Source: Promethearchaeum syntrophicum (GTDB lineage Archaea > Asgardarchaeota > Lokiarchaeia > Sigyniarchaeales > Promethearchaeaceae). From it: a DNA stretch of 32,000 nt. The notes beneath the pieces are model-generated. The model saw only the letters and a program-made list of their open reading frames with translations, made no database searches and was not told the origin of the DNA. The stretch covers positions 3,180,001 to 3,212,000 of the forward strand of contig NZ_CP042905.2 in assembly GCF_008000775.2 (NCBI RefSeq), given 5' to 3'. Every line of letters begins with the position of its first letter. The stretch's first letter is position 1. This document shows positions 1 through 8,791 of the stretch, piece after piece. The position numbers and the translations under genes were made by a program.

Positions 1-239
1 TCATTTGCTTTTTCAAATTGTATATCTTTCTTATCAAAGATATGAAATAATTTTGGAAAATCTTGGCGATTTTGTTCAAATGGATATTGGAATCCTTTAT
101 CTATTCCTATTTTATAATAACCTTGATCCCAACCAATTTCGGAAAAAAAGGCTAAGGTTGTTAAAAATTGTATGATTAAATCTGAATCGACTAAATTTTG
201 TTGAGCAATCTCTTGTATTTTTTCTAAATAATCATCCAT
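1..239 (-). CDS. hypothetical protein, N-terminal fragment (ORF runs off the left edge)
   Basis: ATG at 239 (complement) opens a stop-free frame down to position 1, 79 codons reading MDDYLEKIQEIAQQNLVDSDLIIQFLTTLAFFSEIGWDQGYYKIG... It is absent from the ORF track because the window edge truncates it. No motif recognised. Confidence 0.4.
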   Translation of the reverse strand, partial: MDDYLEKIQEIAQQNLVDSDLIIQFLTTLAFFSEIGWDQGYYKIGIDKGFQYPFEQNRQDFPKLFHIFDKKDIQFEKAN

Positions 240-604
240 GTAAAATCCTCAAAGTGAGAAAAATACCGACTAAATGAAAAAAGTCGTATTTTGTTTTACT
301 TGAATAATAATGGCTTTTATCCCTTAATAAAATTTTAGACCGTATTATTATTGCTTGATCCCTCCCTTTTTTATCTTGTGATATATATTTTCTTCGTTTA
401 CAATTGAATGGTTTTGTTTCTTTTTATTTTGGCATATTTTTCATTTTTCTTCAATTTTTAAAATATATCACCATAAATAATAGCAGAAGGTTGTAAGAAA
501 AATTCTTTTTTTATCTCATATCCCTTTTTGATTGCTGAATTTAAGAAAAAATTATTTCTCCTTTATTAAAATCACATATATATAATTACAAATTAAGTAA
601 AAAC

Positions 605-1675
605 ATGAGAAAAAAAAATGAATATATGAAATTACAGAAATCTTTCAAAAATAAGAAATTATTTATCATCCAATTTTCAACCACTGATATTTTTCAAAAA
701 CCGTCTATAGCAACACACTTTTTTGCATTAGATTATTTTAAAGACACTGAAGTTTCAATCGAATATACCTCAAATAATTTCTTTTATCAAATTGAAAAGT
801 TCTTTAAGAAACATAAAAAATATCACTTCGCTTTCTGGAATTATAATCATATTTATAAGATTTCATTGCTAATCCCTGGAATTTCCCTTACGGAAAAAAA
901 GGTAATAGAAAGAAACATTATTGATCTAGACGATGCGTTTGAGTTTTTTTCTGAAGAAAAGAAAACTCGATACTTAAAACGCCAGAATCAAAGTATCGAT
1001 AAAAGATATTATTTTAGTCTTTTGAATGGATATAATATTGATGAATCTTTTTGGAAAACTGGTATTGTCGAAAAGGATTTGCGGGATGCAATAATTTTGA
1101 GTAATTCTTGTAGATTAAAATGCAAAGTAATGAGCTTTTTAATAACCAAAATGAAGGATGGAAGAGTAAAATTTGATCATAATGAAGAATTCATGAGAAA
1201 AACAATAAAATTCATGGAATTGCAGAAAATTTCATCTGATCAGAGTACAAATACAATTAATTTTTACAACAACATATGGAATCTAATAAATAGAGATATT
1301 AGAATTAAATGCCAGACAAAATTTCATGATGGATATTTCGCGGATTCAGTGGAAGCAGCATTCAAAGAAATAAATACGAGAGTAAAAACATATTATCATG
1401 ATTTAAAAGGAGAATGGGGTGATGGGGCTTCCTTAATGCGGAATGCATTTTCAGGCATAGATCCTGTTATATCTTGGTTAGATCAAAAGGACCCATCATC
1501 ATCCAATATCCAAAAAGGGTTTGAACATATTTTTGCAGGAGCAATGATAGGAATTCGAAATCCTAAAGCCCATGCAAATTTGATCATCACTAAGGATCGA
1601 GCAATTCATTTTTTGTTTCTTGCTAGTTTACTTATGGATAAAATAGATGAGGCTAATATTAAAACCACCTCTTGA
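605..1675 (+). CDS. two-domain hypothetical protein with a C-terminal TIGR02391/Hypoth_Ymh-like (HEPN-like, RNPKAH) domain
   Basis: 356-aa ORF. The C-terminal ~110 aa (ASLMRNAFSG...FEHIFAGAMIGIRNPKAHANLIITKDRAIHFLFLASLLMDKIDEA) fit my recollection of the TIGR02391/Ymh signature (LMxxAF ... RNPxAH ... helical tail). RNPKAH is an Rx4H motif. The N-terminal ~220 aa are unrecognised. Confidence 0.75.
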   Translation: MRKKNEYMKLQKSFKNKKLFIIQFSTTDIFQKPSIATHFFALDYFKDTEVSIEYTSNNFFYQIEKFFKKHKKYHFAFWNYNHIYKISLLIPGISLTEKKVIERNIIDLDDAFEFFSEEKKTRYLKRQNQSIDKRYYFSLLNGYNIDESFWKTGIVEKDLRDAIILSNSCRLKCKVMSFLITKMKDGRVKFDHNEEFMRKTIKFMELQKISSDQSTNTINFYNNIWNLINRDIRIKCQTKFHDGYFADSVEAAFKEINTRVKTYYHDLKGEWGDGASLMRNAFSGIDPVISWLDQKDPSSSNIQKGFEHIFAGAMIGIRNPKAHANLIITKDRAIHFLFLASLLMDKIDEANIKTTS

Positions 1676-1746
1676 ATTTCTCTTTGAATAATAAATAATT
1701 AGAATCGTATGAATTTCATCGAATTTTTACCAATGATGATTAAAAA

Positions 1747-2835
1747 TCAAGTTTTTATTGTTTGAAATAATATTTGGTATAATCCGGAAATTTGTGAAAT
1801 AATTACACTCACAATTAATATTTCATCAGAAATTTCTTCTATATTTCCCAATTTTCCTTGAATTTGCTTTTGATTATTAATATCAATTAATAACCTCTGA
1901 TTTTCATGAATTATGATATTGGAATGGGCAAGTGCATGACGTATTTTTGCATAGATTTCCATTAATTGATTTTTTGTGGTCGGTACAATATCAAATTTAA
2001 AAAGAAGTATATAGAGCTCATTAACTTTCTCAATGAAATTATAGAGATCAATAAGCGATACTTCAATTTCATGAAAAATCTTGTAGGATAGGGTTTGGTT
2101 CAACCAAAAAAGATTTTTACACAAATACTTTAATCGATCCAATATCAAATCTTGTTCTTCTTTATCTTTTTTTGCTAAATTTGGTTGAAGAATTATGTTA
2201 ATTAAATATTCGTCATCTATTGGTAATACTCCGTTAAACATTGAAATACCTGCTAAGATAAAATTATATTTGGAACTATAATTCGGGGATATCTTATTCG
2301 AAAAGACTTTTACCAAGCGTTCTATGAACTTTTTTAATCTTGGTATAGAATTTGAATACCCTATAAGATGAATTAATTGGCGATAATTTAAATTGGTTGG
2401 ATCTACCTTTTCTATCGGAAAATTAAATATTTTCGCTATCTTTTCAATCCCCCATTTACATTGTTTCTCTGATATTTTATGCGTTTCCAAAAAAGATTCG
2501 GGGAGATAAAGGATATGTTTGAAAAAAAAAGGACGCCTAATAGGCTTGAAATCATATAAGGATAATGGATCAATAGATCCATTGCATTTTTTACAATTTA
2601 ACTTTATATCCTTCGGACATTTGATAAATTCAATTTCACCTTTTTTTATAATTTGGAGTTGTTTAGGAAAAAATCGAAACTTTATAACTTCATCGCATGA
2701 TTTGCATTTACATTTTGCGAGAATTTCTCCATACTTGTCTAGTTGAATATCCAATTTCTTCACCTCTATAAATTCATTAAAGAATTCCAGGTAATTCCCC
2801 GCTTTTCTAACATTTTTAGGATCTCCACATTCCAT
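1747..2835 (-). CDS. hypothetical protein: N-terminal zinc ribbon plus helical C-terminal region with an Rx4H (HEPN-like) motif
   Basis: 362-aa ORF with cysteine clusters CKCKSC ... CPKDIKLNCKKC (CxCxxC/CxxxxxxCxxC). The C-terminal helical region contains YAKIRHALAHSN (R-H-A-L-A-H = Rx4H). The ATG at 2835 overlaps the upstream FRG gene by 70 nt. An in-frame GTG at 2763 lies 2 nt after the FRG stop, so the true start is uncertain. Confidence 0.7.
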   Translation of the reverse strand: MECGDPKNVRKAGNYLEFFNEFIEVKKLDIQLDKYGEILAKCKCKSCDEVIKFRFFPKQLQIIKKGEIEFIKCPKDIKLNCKKCNGSIDPLSLYDFKPIRRPFFFKHILYLPESFLETHKISEKQCKWGIEKIAKIFNFPIEKVDPTNLNYRQLIHLIGYSNSIPRLKKFIERLVKVFSNKISPNYSSKYNFILAGISMFNGVLPIDDEYLINIILQPNLAKKDKEEQDLILDRLKYLCKNLFWLNQTLSYKIFHEIEVSLIDLYNFIEKVNELYILLFKFDIVPTTKNQLMEIYAKIRHALAHSNIIIHENQRLLIDINNQKQIQGKLGNIEEISDEILIVSVIISQISGLYQILFQTIKT

Positions 2836-3758
2836 GATGATGGATAGTTTATAATATAATGCTCGTTATCTTTGAATGATAACACTTCAAAATCTTCTTC
2901 TTTTTCCAATTCGAAAGTAGCTAGTAAATCACCTTTCTTTATTTCTTCCACAGCATTTTCAAGATTCATCATCGCATCCATGAATGGAACTCCAAAAAGA
3001 GGGGAAAAGACCATCCATCCACTTTGAGCAATCATTCTTGGAATTTCTTTTTTAGCAAGACCCAAATGGCTAGAATTAAAAGATCCCAGCAATAGTGATT
3101 TATTTAAAACATCTTGTCTGGCAATTTCAAATAAAATTTCTGCTTCCTCAATATTTGATGGGTTTTGAGGTGCTCCTATATTTTCTTCTGAACTTGTAAA
3201 ATAAACCCCCAATATTTTGGAAGAGTCCATTATTAAGCGGAGAATATTTAAAATCCAAACTCCAGAATCACCTTTATGAACTAAAGGTATAGATCTTTTT
3301 TTTTTTTCAGATTTTTTATAATCAACAGCTGAAAACCATAAAGCTACTAATAACCTAGAAGAAAAATCAACTAACCTAGTTCCACTCTCTAAATGTTGAT
3401 GTTTTGCCATTCGCTGAACGTAAAAAGGAAGATGATTCGAATAATTAATTAATCGAAATTCTTCTTTTTCTTGAGTTTCCTTAGATGGATATCTCCGTTC
3501 TAAAGCAGAAGTGATAGACCAACTGGGAGTTGAGCTTTTATCTTCATCCCAATTGTAGGTGTAATTTTGCCCTCTAAAAAGAAAGCCTGCTGCTTTACCT
3601 TCCTCTGTTCCCTTTACTTCAAATTTTTGTGCTAATTTGAACAAAATATCAATATTCTTCGGATTTAGAATTGATAATGATGTCTTTTGAATATAATTTA
3701 AATCTGGAAATTTGACTTGAAATTCCTTTTTTCTTAGTCGTTGAATCATTGGATGCAT
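2766..3758 (-). CDS. FRG-domain protein
   Basis: 330-aa ORF carrying the FLFRGQ motif followed by AKHQHLESGTRLVDFSSRLLVALWFS and later RMIAQSGWMVF. This matches the FRG family pattern (FRGQ ... QHxGxxTRLLDxT...AlxFA ... aQxGxF). Confidence 0.8.
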   Translation of the reverse strand: MHPMIQRLRKKEFQVKFPDLNYIQKTSLSILNPKNIDILFKLAQKFEVKGTEEGKAAGFLFRGQNYTYNWDEDKSSTPSWSITSALERRYPSKETQEKEEFRLINYSNHLPFYVQRMAKHQHLESGTRLVDFSSRLLVALWFSAVDYKKSEKKKRSIPLVHKGDSGVWILNILRLIMDSSKILGVYFTSSEENIGAPQNPSNIEEAEILFEIARQDVLNKSLLLGSFNSSHLGLAKKEIPRMIAQSGWMVFSPLFGVPFMDAMMNLENAVEEIKKGDLLATFELEKEEDFEVLSFKDNEHYIINYPSSWNVEILKMLEKRGITWNSLMNL

Positions 3759-3861
3759 GTAATTTCTTTAGTAAATACAATTTTTAAAGTTGACCAGATT
3801 TAGATAAATTGTACTCAAACCATGTAATTCTGAGAGATAGAATAAAATTGGGAAAATTTAG

Positions 3862-3958
3862 TGGGTCCGGGGGGATTTGAACCCTCGGAATCCAGCTTTC
3901 TCCATTTTAAGATTAAATACCGAAGGCTGGCGCCCAATCCAAACTAGACTACGGACCC
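3862..3958 (-). tRNA. tRNA-Arg(UCG) with a 22-nt intron at canonical position 37/38
   Basis: Minus-strand hand fold: acceptor GGGTCCG/CGGACCC, U8, D-loop AGTTTGGATT, anticodon stem CCAGC/GCTGG, loop CUUCGG|A, T-arm GAGGG-TTCAAAT-CCCCC, discriminator A. The intron ends sit in 3-nt bulges (GGU and AAA) separated by the 4-bp helix CUUC/GGAG, which is a BHB motif. Oddities are an A50.C64 mismatch in the T-stem and U at position 21. Confidence 0.8.
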
Positions 3959-4103
3959 GATATTATGAATGTAGAATTGTATTTGAATTTTTTTTTTCTC
4001 TTTGGGGGGATATAATATCAATGAAATTTGATAATTAGGTCGGAAAGAATGATTTTTCAACTATATTCAGCTAGTCCGTAAAGGATATTAAATAATCATT
4101 TGT

Positions 4104-4113
4104 AAAAAAAAAA
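4104..4113 (-). terminator. oligo-T tract (A10 on plus strand) downstream of the methyltransferase gene
   Basis: A run of 10 A lies 10 nt beyond the stop of the minus-strand CDS 4123-4671. Archaeal termination typically uses oligo-dT. Confidence 0.35.
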
Positions 4114-4122
4114 CCTAATTAA

Positions 4123-4671
4123 TTACAGGGATTTTTTCTTTAGAATGATCAAATGTTCTTTTTTTTCCTGCACTATAAACTTAGTAGTCGCAGTAATAGA
4201 ATTAATTGCTTTATTTTCATCCATATGGTGAATTTCTACTACCAGGTTTCCATCGGATTTTAGAACTCTATCTAATTCAGTAAGAATGGGTTTAACTTCT
4301 TTAAAATAATGGAAAACATCAAAGAGTAATATAACATCAATCGAATTTTCATTTAAACCTGTTTTACAAGAGGTTAAGATGGTTTCAATATTTGAAACTT
4401 TAGCTTTTTTCGCATTTTTTAGAACAAATTGTGAAGAAAGGGGATGCATATCTGCAGCAAAAACTTTTCCATTATCCCCTACTATTTGAGCAGCGGGGAG
4501 TGAATAATTTCCAGGACCACATCCATAGTCAAGGATTACATCACCGGATTGTATATTCGCTTCTTTAAGAATTTTTAGGGTTTTATCCTTTCCTTTAAAA
4601 ATTTTAAACATTAAGCACATTCCTCTAAATCCAAGATTACTCGCTAATTTTGACACGATTAAACTATCCAT
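4123..4671 (-). CDS. class I SAM-dependent methyltransferase
   Basis: 182 aa with motif I VILDYGCGPGNYS, an acidic residue ending beta-2 (VFAADMH), and post-I motifs IDVILLFDVFHY and LKSDGNLVV. Confidence 0.8.
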   Translation of the reverse strand: MDSLIVSKLASNLGFRGMCLMFKIFKGKDKTLKILKEANIQSGDVILDYGCGPGNYSLPAAQIVGDNGKVFAADMHPLSSQFVLKNAKKAKVSNIETILTSCKTGLNENSIDVILLFDVFHYFKEVKPILTELDRVLKSDGNLVVEIHHMDENKAINSITATTKFIVQEKKEHLIILKKKSL

Positions 4672-4814
4672 ATCTTTGATTTAGGGTTTTTCATGCTAGT
4701 TGAAAATTTTTTTTTATAGAAATGATCTGAGGTTTTCATTATAAATTTATGATGTTATTGTAAGGATTTAAACAATTTAGAGCCCGAAAATTATCACCAT
4801 ATTATCTATTCAAG

Positions 4815-5828
4815 TTATTCTACTGTTTTTTCGGTTTCATCATATATGATTGGGCCATAAAGGAGAGTATTTAAATTATTATTTATAAGAATAGCAAAAA
4901 AGATGGCCATTATAATCAATATCGGGTGGTACCATTCGAAATTTAAAACTGCAAATTTAATTCCGATTAAGACGGTTCCAACACATATCCCATGAAAAAT
5001 GAAAGAAATACCCCATCGTAATTCACCATATTTAGCATATATTTCAAATTTACCAGATTCTTGGTCCGGAACATGTAATATTTTGAAGTAGATCCAAATA
5101 ATTAGAAGTACTCCTGAAATATATCCCCAAAGAACATCGGTGGGATAATTTTCTCCAGAAATTACGCGAGTTATACCCATAATGATTCCCCAAGAAGAAA
5201 AAATAATAAAATTTAGGACAATTTTCAATTTATTTGGTGAGGTTAGTGAGATAAATGCAAGAGTTATCATTAATGTAGCCAATGTTGTAAATCCCGATGT
5301 GAAACAACCATTGAAAATCGCATCTGTAATCGAATATTTTCCAAATTTTAACATTGAAGTATAGAGATCGGGATTATAAAGGGCCTCTTCGGGATTTACT
5401 CGAGCAAAAAAGGTAGCAAGTACCCGATTAAAAACGAATAATACAATAGAGCTAGCAATAATAAATCCTGATCTAATACGGGTTAAAATATATCTTTCCT
5501 CATTTTTTGGCATTAACGTAATCAAATAAACGATTAAGGCAAATAAAAAGAGAAGAATTGAAAGATCTTGCCCTCCAAAGCCATCTCCATTAAAATTAAA
5601 ATAGGATTCATTCATAAAATTTGCAAAAGTTGGATCAACAAAAATTATGGTTGCATTTCGTACAAATTCTAAATCTCTATTCCAGAAATAGCTTGTGCTA
5701 AATAATCCTACCACTATTAAAGCGATTGTTGCAAATTGGGAGAAATCTTTGCCGTAGGTTGAAGTAAAATAGTTGGATCTTCGGTGTTTTTCGAACATAT
5801 TTTTATTGCATGAATAGATAGATAACAT
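4815..5828 (-). CDS. polytopic membrane protein, PAP2-superfamily-like with degenerate catalytic motifs
   Basis: 337 aa with many hydrophobic segments. TRVISGENYPTDVLWG has the spacing of PAP2 motif C3 (SRxxxxxHxxxD) with H replaced by N. FTSGF sits where C2 PSGH would be, with H replaced by F. Confidence 0.55.
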   Translation of the reverse strand: MLSIYSCNKNMFEKHRRSNYFTSTYGKDFSQFATIALIVVGLFSTSYFWNRDLEFVRNATIIFVDPTFANFMNESYFNFNGDGFGGQDLSILLFLFALIVYLITLMPKNEERYILTRIRSGFIIASSIVLFVFNRVLATFFARVNPEEALYNPDLYTSMLKFGKYSITDAIFNGCFTSGFTTLATLMITLAFISLTSPNKLKIVLNFIIFSSWGIIMGITRVISGENYPTDVLWGYISGVLLIIWIYFKILHVPDQESGKFEIYAKYGELRWGISFIFHGICVGTVLIGIKFAVLNFEWYHPILIIMAIFFAILINNNLNTLLYGPIIYDETEKTVE

Positions 5829-5899
5829 TGATTAAAAGACTTATTTGTGTTAAAAAAAAGGAAGTAAAAAGGGAATAAAAAAAGTATAAAGATGTTAGA

Positions 5900-8791
5900 T
5901 TAAATGGGGCGCGAATTCGCTTGGAAAATAGGATAAATAAAACTACTGAAAATCTGTGCATAACCATCTTGTAGGGAAACTATGGCAATTAAATCTTCTT
6001 CTTTTTTAGCTCGTGGGCAAAGAACAATTTCTTCTCCGTCTCGGGATACTGCATAGAAATCATTTGCGTTCTTCAAATTTCTAAATTGAATATTCCCTAA
6101 AACTTTCATTTTTTGAATAATAGGACCAAATGTAGCCAAATCCCAGGTTGTAGTATAGAGGAACCTGACTGATTTCTTCACGTATGCAACTTCGGAAAGT
6201 GCTTCCAGAATCTTTGGTTCTACGGTTGGAGTTATAATCGTGATAGTAGATTTAACCCTTCTCATAGCATCTATTATACATTCTAAAAGAGCTTTTGTCC
6301 CAAATACATGCCAAGTTCCACTTTCACCAAGAGGTTTAATGCTGGCTGCGCTTTGATTGATATCAGTAAGTTTATTTTCATTTTCTTCTGCAATATCAAT
6401 CCCTTCATCAATTACATTCATGAAAGATAAAGTGAAGTCTGCAATTGCATCTTTTGTATTTTGAATATTATCTGTTGTTGTTTTCACTAATTCCTGTTGC
6501 AAGTTATTAGAGATTTCTTGGTATTGGGTTTTATGTTCTTCAATCATAGCATGAAGTGTTTGTTCGAGATTTGTGGAATCTTCAGCGAATAATTTCATTT
6601 GCTCATCCAAATCATGGTGTTGTTTTTCATCAAGTTTTTCAACAATTTCCTTAAATTTCTCAATATGACCATTAACTTGGTTCTGTTGAGTTTCATTGAT
6701 AGTGGCAACTTCATTCTTAAAAAGTTCTATTTGTGGATTGATTTTGCCACTGATTTTTGTTTTACATTCGTTAATGTCTTGATCTACTCTTCTAATTAAA
6801 TCATCAATTGTCGCTCGGTAATCTGTTTTAACATCTTTTACTTCTTTTTCGAAATCATAAGAGTGAGAATCGTTTTTATCAGTATTTTCCTTTAAATGAC
6901 CTGTGATATCTCGAATTTGATTATTAGTTTCAACTGAAATATCGGTTTTGGCTCTTTCATGATCTCTATCCATGTTTTCATAATATTCGTTTACTTTTTC
7001 TTGAACGCTAGCATTAGAATCATCATTATATTTTAGACCCGTTTGTCTATGCTTGTTGAAATTCAATTCGTAATCGTCGCGATGTGTATGTAAACTATTT
7101 TCAAGTGAATCTTTCAATTTAATTGTAGTTTTCTGGCAATGCTCGACATTATGTTTCAAAGTTTTATCAATTTCTGAGGATAATTCTCCAGCTAAACCTT
7201 CAAATTCAGCATCTATCGTATCTTTTTGCTTACTGTCTAAGGATTCAGTATTAGCTTTTTGCTTACTGTCCAATGATTCAGTGATTTCATTGATTTGAGT
7301 TGTTAATGAATTTGTTGTATCACCAGTTACTTTGATATAATTGGCTGTACTATCTTCGAAATTTTCCCTCATTGAGCCAGAAATTGCTTCAATTCGCTCT
7401 TTCACTTCTGCGTACCTTTCTTTATATAATTTGTGCCTTCCAAACAGAAGTGACTTCCATGCACTGCCTCTTTTTGCAAGATGCTCAGTTAATTCACCAA
7501 AACTTGCACTGATTTCTTGAAGATTGTCTATTAAACTGACAGTATTGGATTTGAATGATAATACTTGGCCTGCTAAATCACTATGTTGTGTGTTAATTGA
7601 TTCGTTTAAATTATTTCTTAAATTTTCATTAGAATTTTCAAAATGTTCAATATGTTCAGCAAGCATACCCGAGATTTGAGTTTTTAAATCATCTATAATC
7701 TTTTTGAACCTGAAAATATATTTTTCCAGAATTTCTTCTAATTGTGGTTTCAAATTATCAGCATGTTCTCTATGATGTTCAACGTGTTCATCCAAATCTT
7801 GTTTACATTCGATCTCTAATTTATGAACCCGATCTTTGAAATCACCTAAGACATCATCAACGATTTGGTTTAAAGTGGTTTTTTGAGTTTGAACACCATC
7901 ATCAAATTTCGTTTTAAACCCCTCTGAATTATTTTTTAGTTTAGAATTTAATCCATCTAACACCGTATGAAGATTGTTTTCAAGTTTTTTCGTTTGACTT
8001 ATATGATTATCAGAGAATAATGCCAGTGCATTATTTAATTCCAAATTATCAGTAGAGAATTTTGATGTATTATTATCTAGGAAAATAACCGCTTCATCAT
8101 GTTTTAAATTAATTTGGTTCACAAAATTTTGATTTTCATCATCCAATTGTTCATGTAATTCTTGTTCTAATGTTTTTAAGCTAGTTTGAAGTCGATCACG
8201 AGCGCTTTCCGTAGTATTTTTAACGTTCTCTGTAAATTCAGTTCGAGTTTCAATAAATCTATCACGAGATTCAAAGGTGGCTCGTTGAATTTCATTTTCT
8301 AAGGGTTTACAGGTAGCATCAAATCTTTTTTGAACTTCTTCGATTTTAGATTTCTTATCTACATCATGCTGATCGCTTTTTTTAAAAATATCTTCTACTG
8401 CTGTTTTAACGGATGTATCAATTGTTTCTAAAGATTTGGTTTCAATGGAGTCTAAATTGGCGAATCTTATTGATTGATCGGAAAGGACCGAATCTTTAAT
8501 GTGTGTAATTTCTGCTCGAAATTTAGCCGATTCACTTACAAATAATTCGAAAAATGGTTCTAAGGGGATGTATCGATCGACAATTCCTTCGATTTTTTTA
8601 ATGAAATTTATCTCACATAATTTTTCAGTGATAAGTTTAATTTCTTGAAGATCTTTCTCTAAAATTCCCGCCACTTCTGATACAGTAATTTGTGGTTGGC
8701 TTAGGAAAACAAGATAAACTTCAAATTCAAAGTCGCTGAGGCCATAACGTGTGTATATTTCTTTAGTATTAATCTGTTCTTTTAAAGACAT
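5900..8791 (-). CDS. TrmB-like wHTH protein with a giant central coiled-coil region
   Basis: 963 aa. The N-terminal ~95 aa look like a TrmB-type wHTH (GLSDFEFEVYLVFLSQPQITVSEVAGILEKDLQEIKLITEKLCEINFIKKIEG). The C-terminal ~135 aa look like a TrmB C-domain (GTWHVFGTKALLECIIDAMRRVKSTITIITP...). The middle ~730 aa are charged, His/Asp/Glu/Lys-rich and helical or coiled-coil-like. Confidence 0.8.
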   Translation of the reverse strand: MSLKEQINTKEIYTRYGLSDFEFEVYLVFLSQPQITVSEVAGILEKDLQEIKLITEKLCEINFIKKIEGIVDRYIPLEPFFELFVSESAKFRAEITHIKDSVLSDQSIRFANLDSIETKSLETIDTSVKTAVEDIFKKSDQHDVDKKSKIEEVQKRFDATCKPLENEIQRATFESRDRFIETRTEFTENVKNTTESARDRLQTSLKTLEQELHEQLDDENQNFVNQINLKHDEAVIFLDNNTSKFSTDNLELNNALALFSDNHISQTKKLENNLHTVLDGLNSKLKNNSEGFKTKFDDGVQTQKTTLNQIVDDVLGDFKDRVHKLEIECKQDLDEHVEHHREHADNLKPQLEEILEKYIFRFKKIIDDLKTQISGMLAEHIEHFENSNENLRNNLNESINTQHSDLAGQVLSFKSNTVSLIDNLQEISASFGELTEHLAKRGSAWKSLLFGRHKLYKERYAEVKERIEAISGSMRENFEDSTANYIKVTGDTTNSLTTQINEITESLDSKQKANTESLDSKQKDTIDAEFEGLAGELSSEIDKTLKHNVEHCQKTTIKLKDSLENSLHTHRDDYELNFNKHRQTGLKYNDDSNASVQEKVNEYYENMDRDHERAKTDISVETNNQIRDITGHLKENTDKNDSHSYDFEKEVKDVKTDYRATIDDLIRRVDQDINECKTKISGKINPQIELFKNEVATINETQQNQVNGHIEKFKEIVEKLDEKQHHDLDEQMKLFAEDSTNLEQTLHAMIEEHKTQYQEISNNLQQELVKTTTDNIQNTKDAIADFTLSFMNVIDEGIDIAEENENKLTDINQSAASIKPLGESGTWHVFGTKALLECIIDAMRRVKSTITIITPTVEPKILEALSEVAYVKKSVRFLYTTTWDLATFGPIIQKMKVLGNIQFRNLKNANDFYAVSRDGEEIVLCPRAKKEEDLIAIVSLQDGYAQIFSSFIYPIFQANSRPI
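7222..7282 (-). repeat. 33-nt tandem duplication inside the coiled-coil gene
   Basis: ctttttgcttactgtctaaggattcagt (7222-7249) and ctttttgcttactgtccaatgattcagt (7255-7282) are 26/28 identical. They encode TESLDSKQKAN/TESLDSKQKDT. Confidence 0.8.

Noticed and set aside
340-375. ttgatccctcc resembling the tRNA-Arg T-arm (ttgaaccctcgg), considered as a possible distal att copy for the 605-3758 island
   Set aside because: Only 9/13 positions match and the acceptor-stem part (gggtccgg) has no counterpart, so the match is within chance for a short motif.
605-1270. N-terminal domain of the 356-aa protein seemed to mimic the layout of DnaQ/PolB-type 3'-5' exonucleases (FIIQFSTTD ... AFWNYNHIY ... 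IIDLDDAF)
   Set aside because: The diagnostic acidic residues (DxE, NxxxFD, YxxxD) are not present in register. The resemblance is only in hydrophobic patterning and cannot be supported without profile or structure searches.
2519-2746. 75-aa plus-strand ORF inside the Zn-ribbon/Rx4H gene
   Set aside because: It is antisense to a longer ORF with clear cysteine and Rx4H motifs, and its translation has no features.
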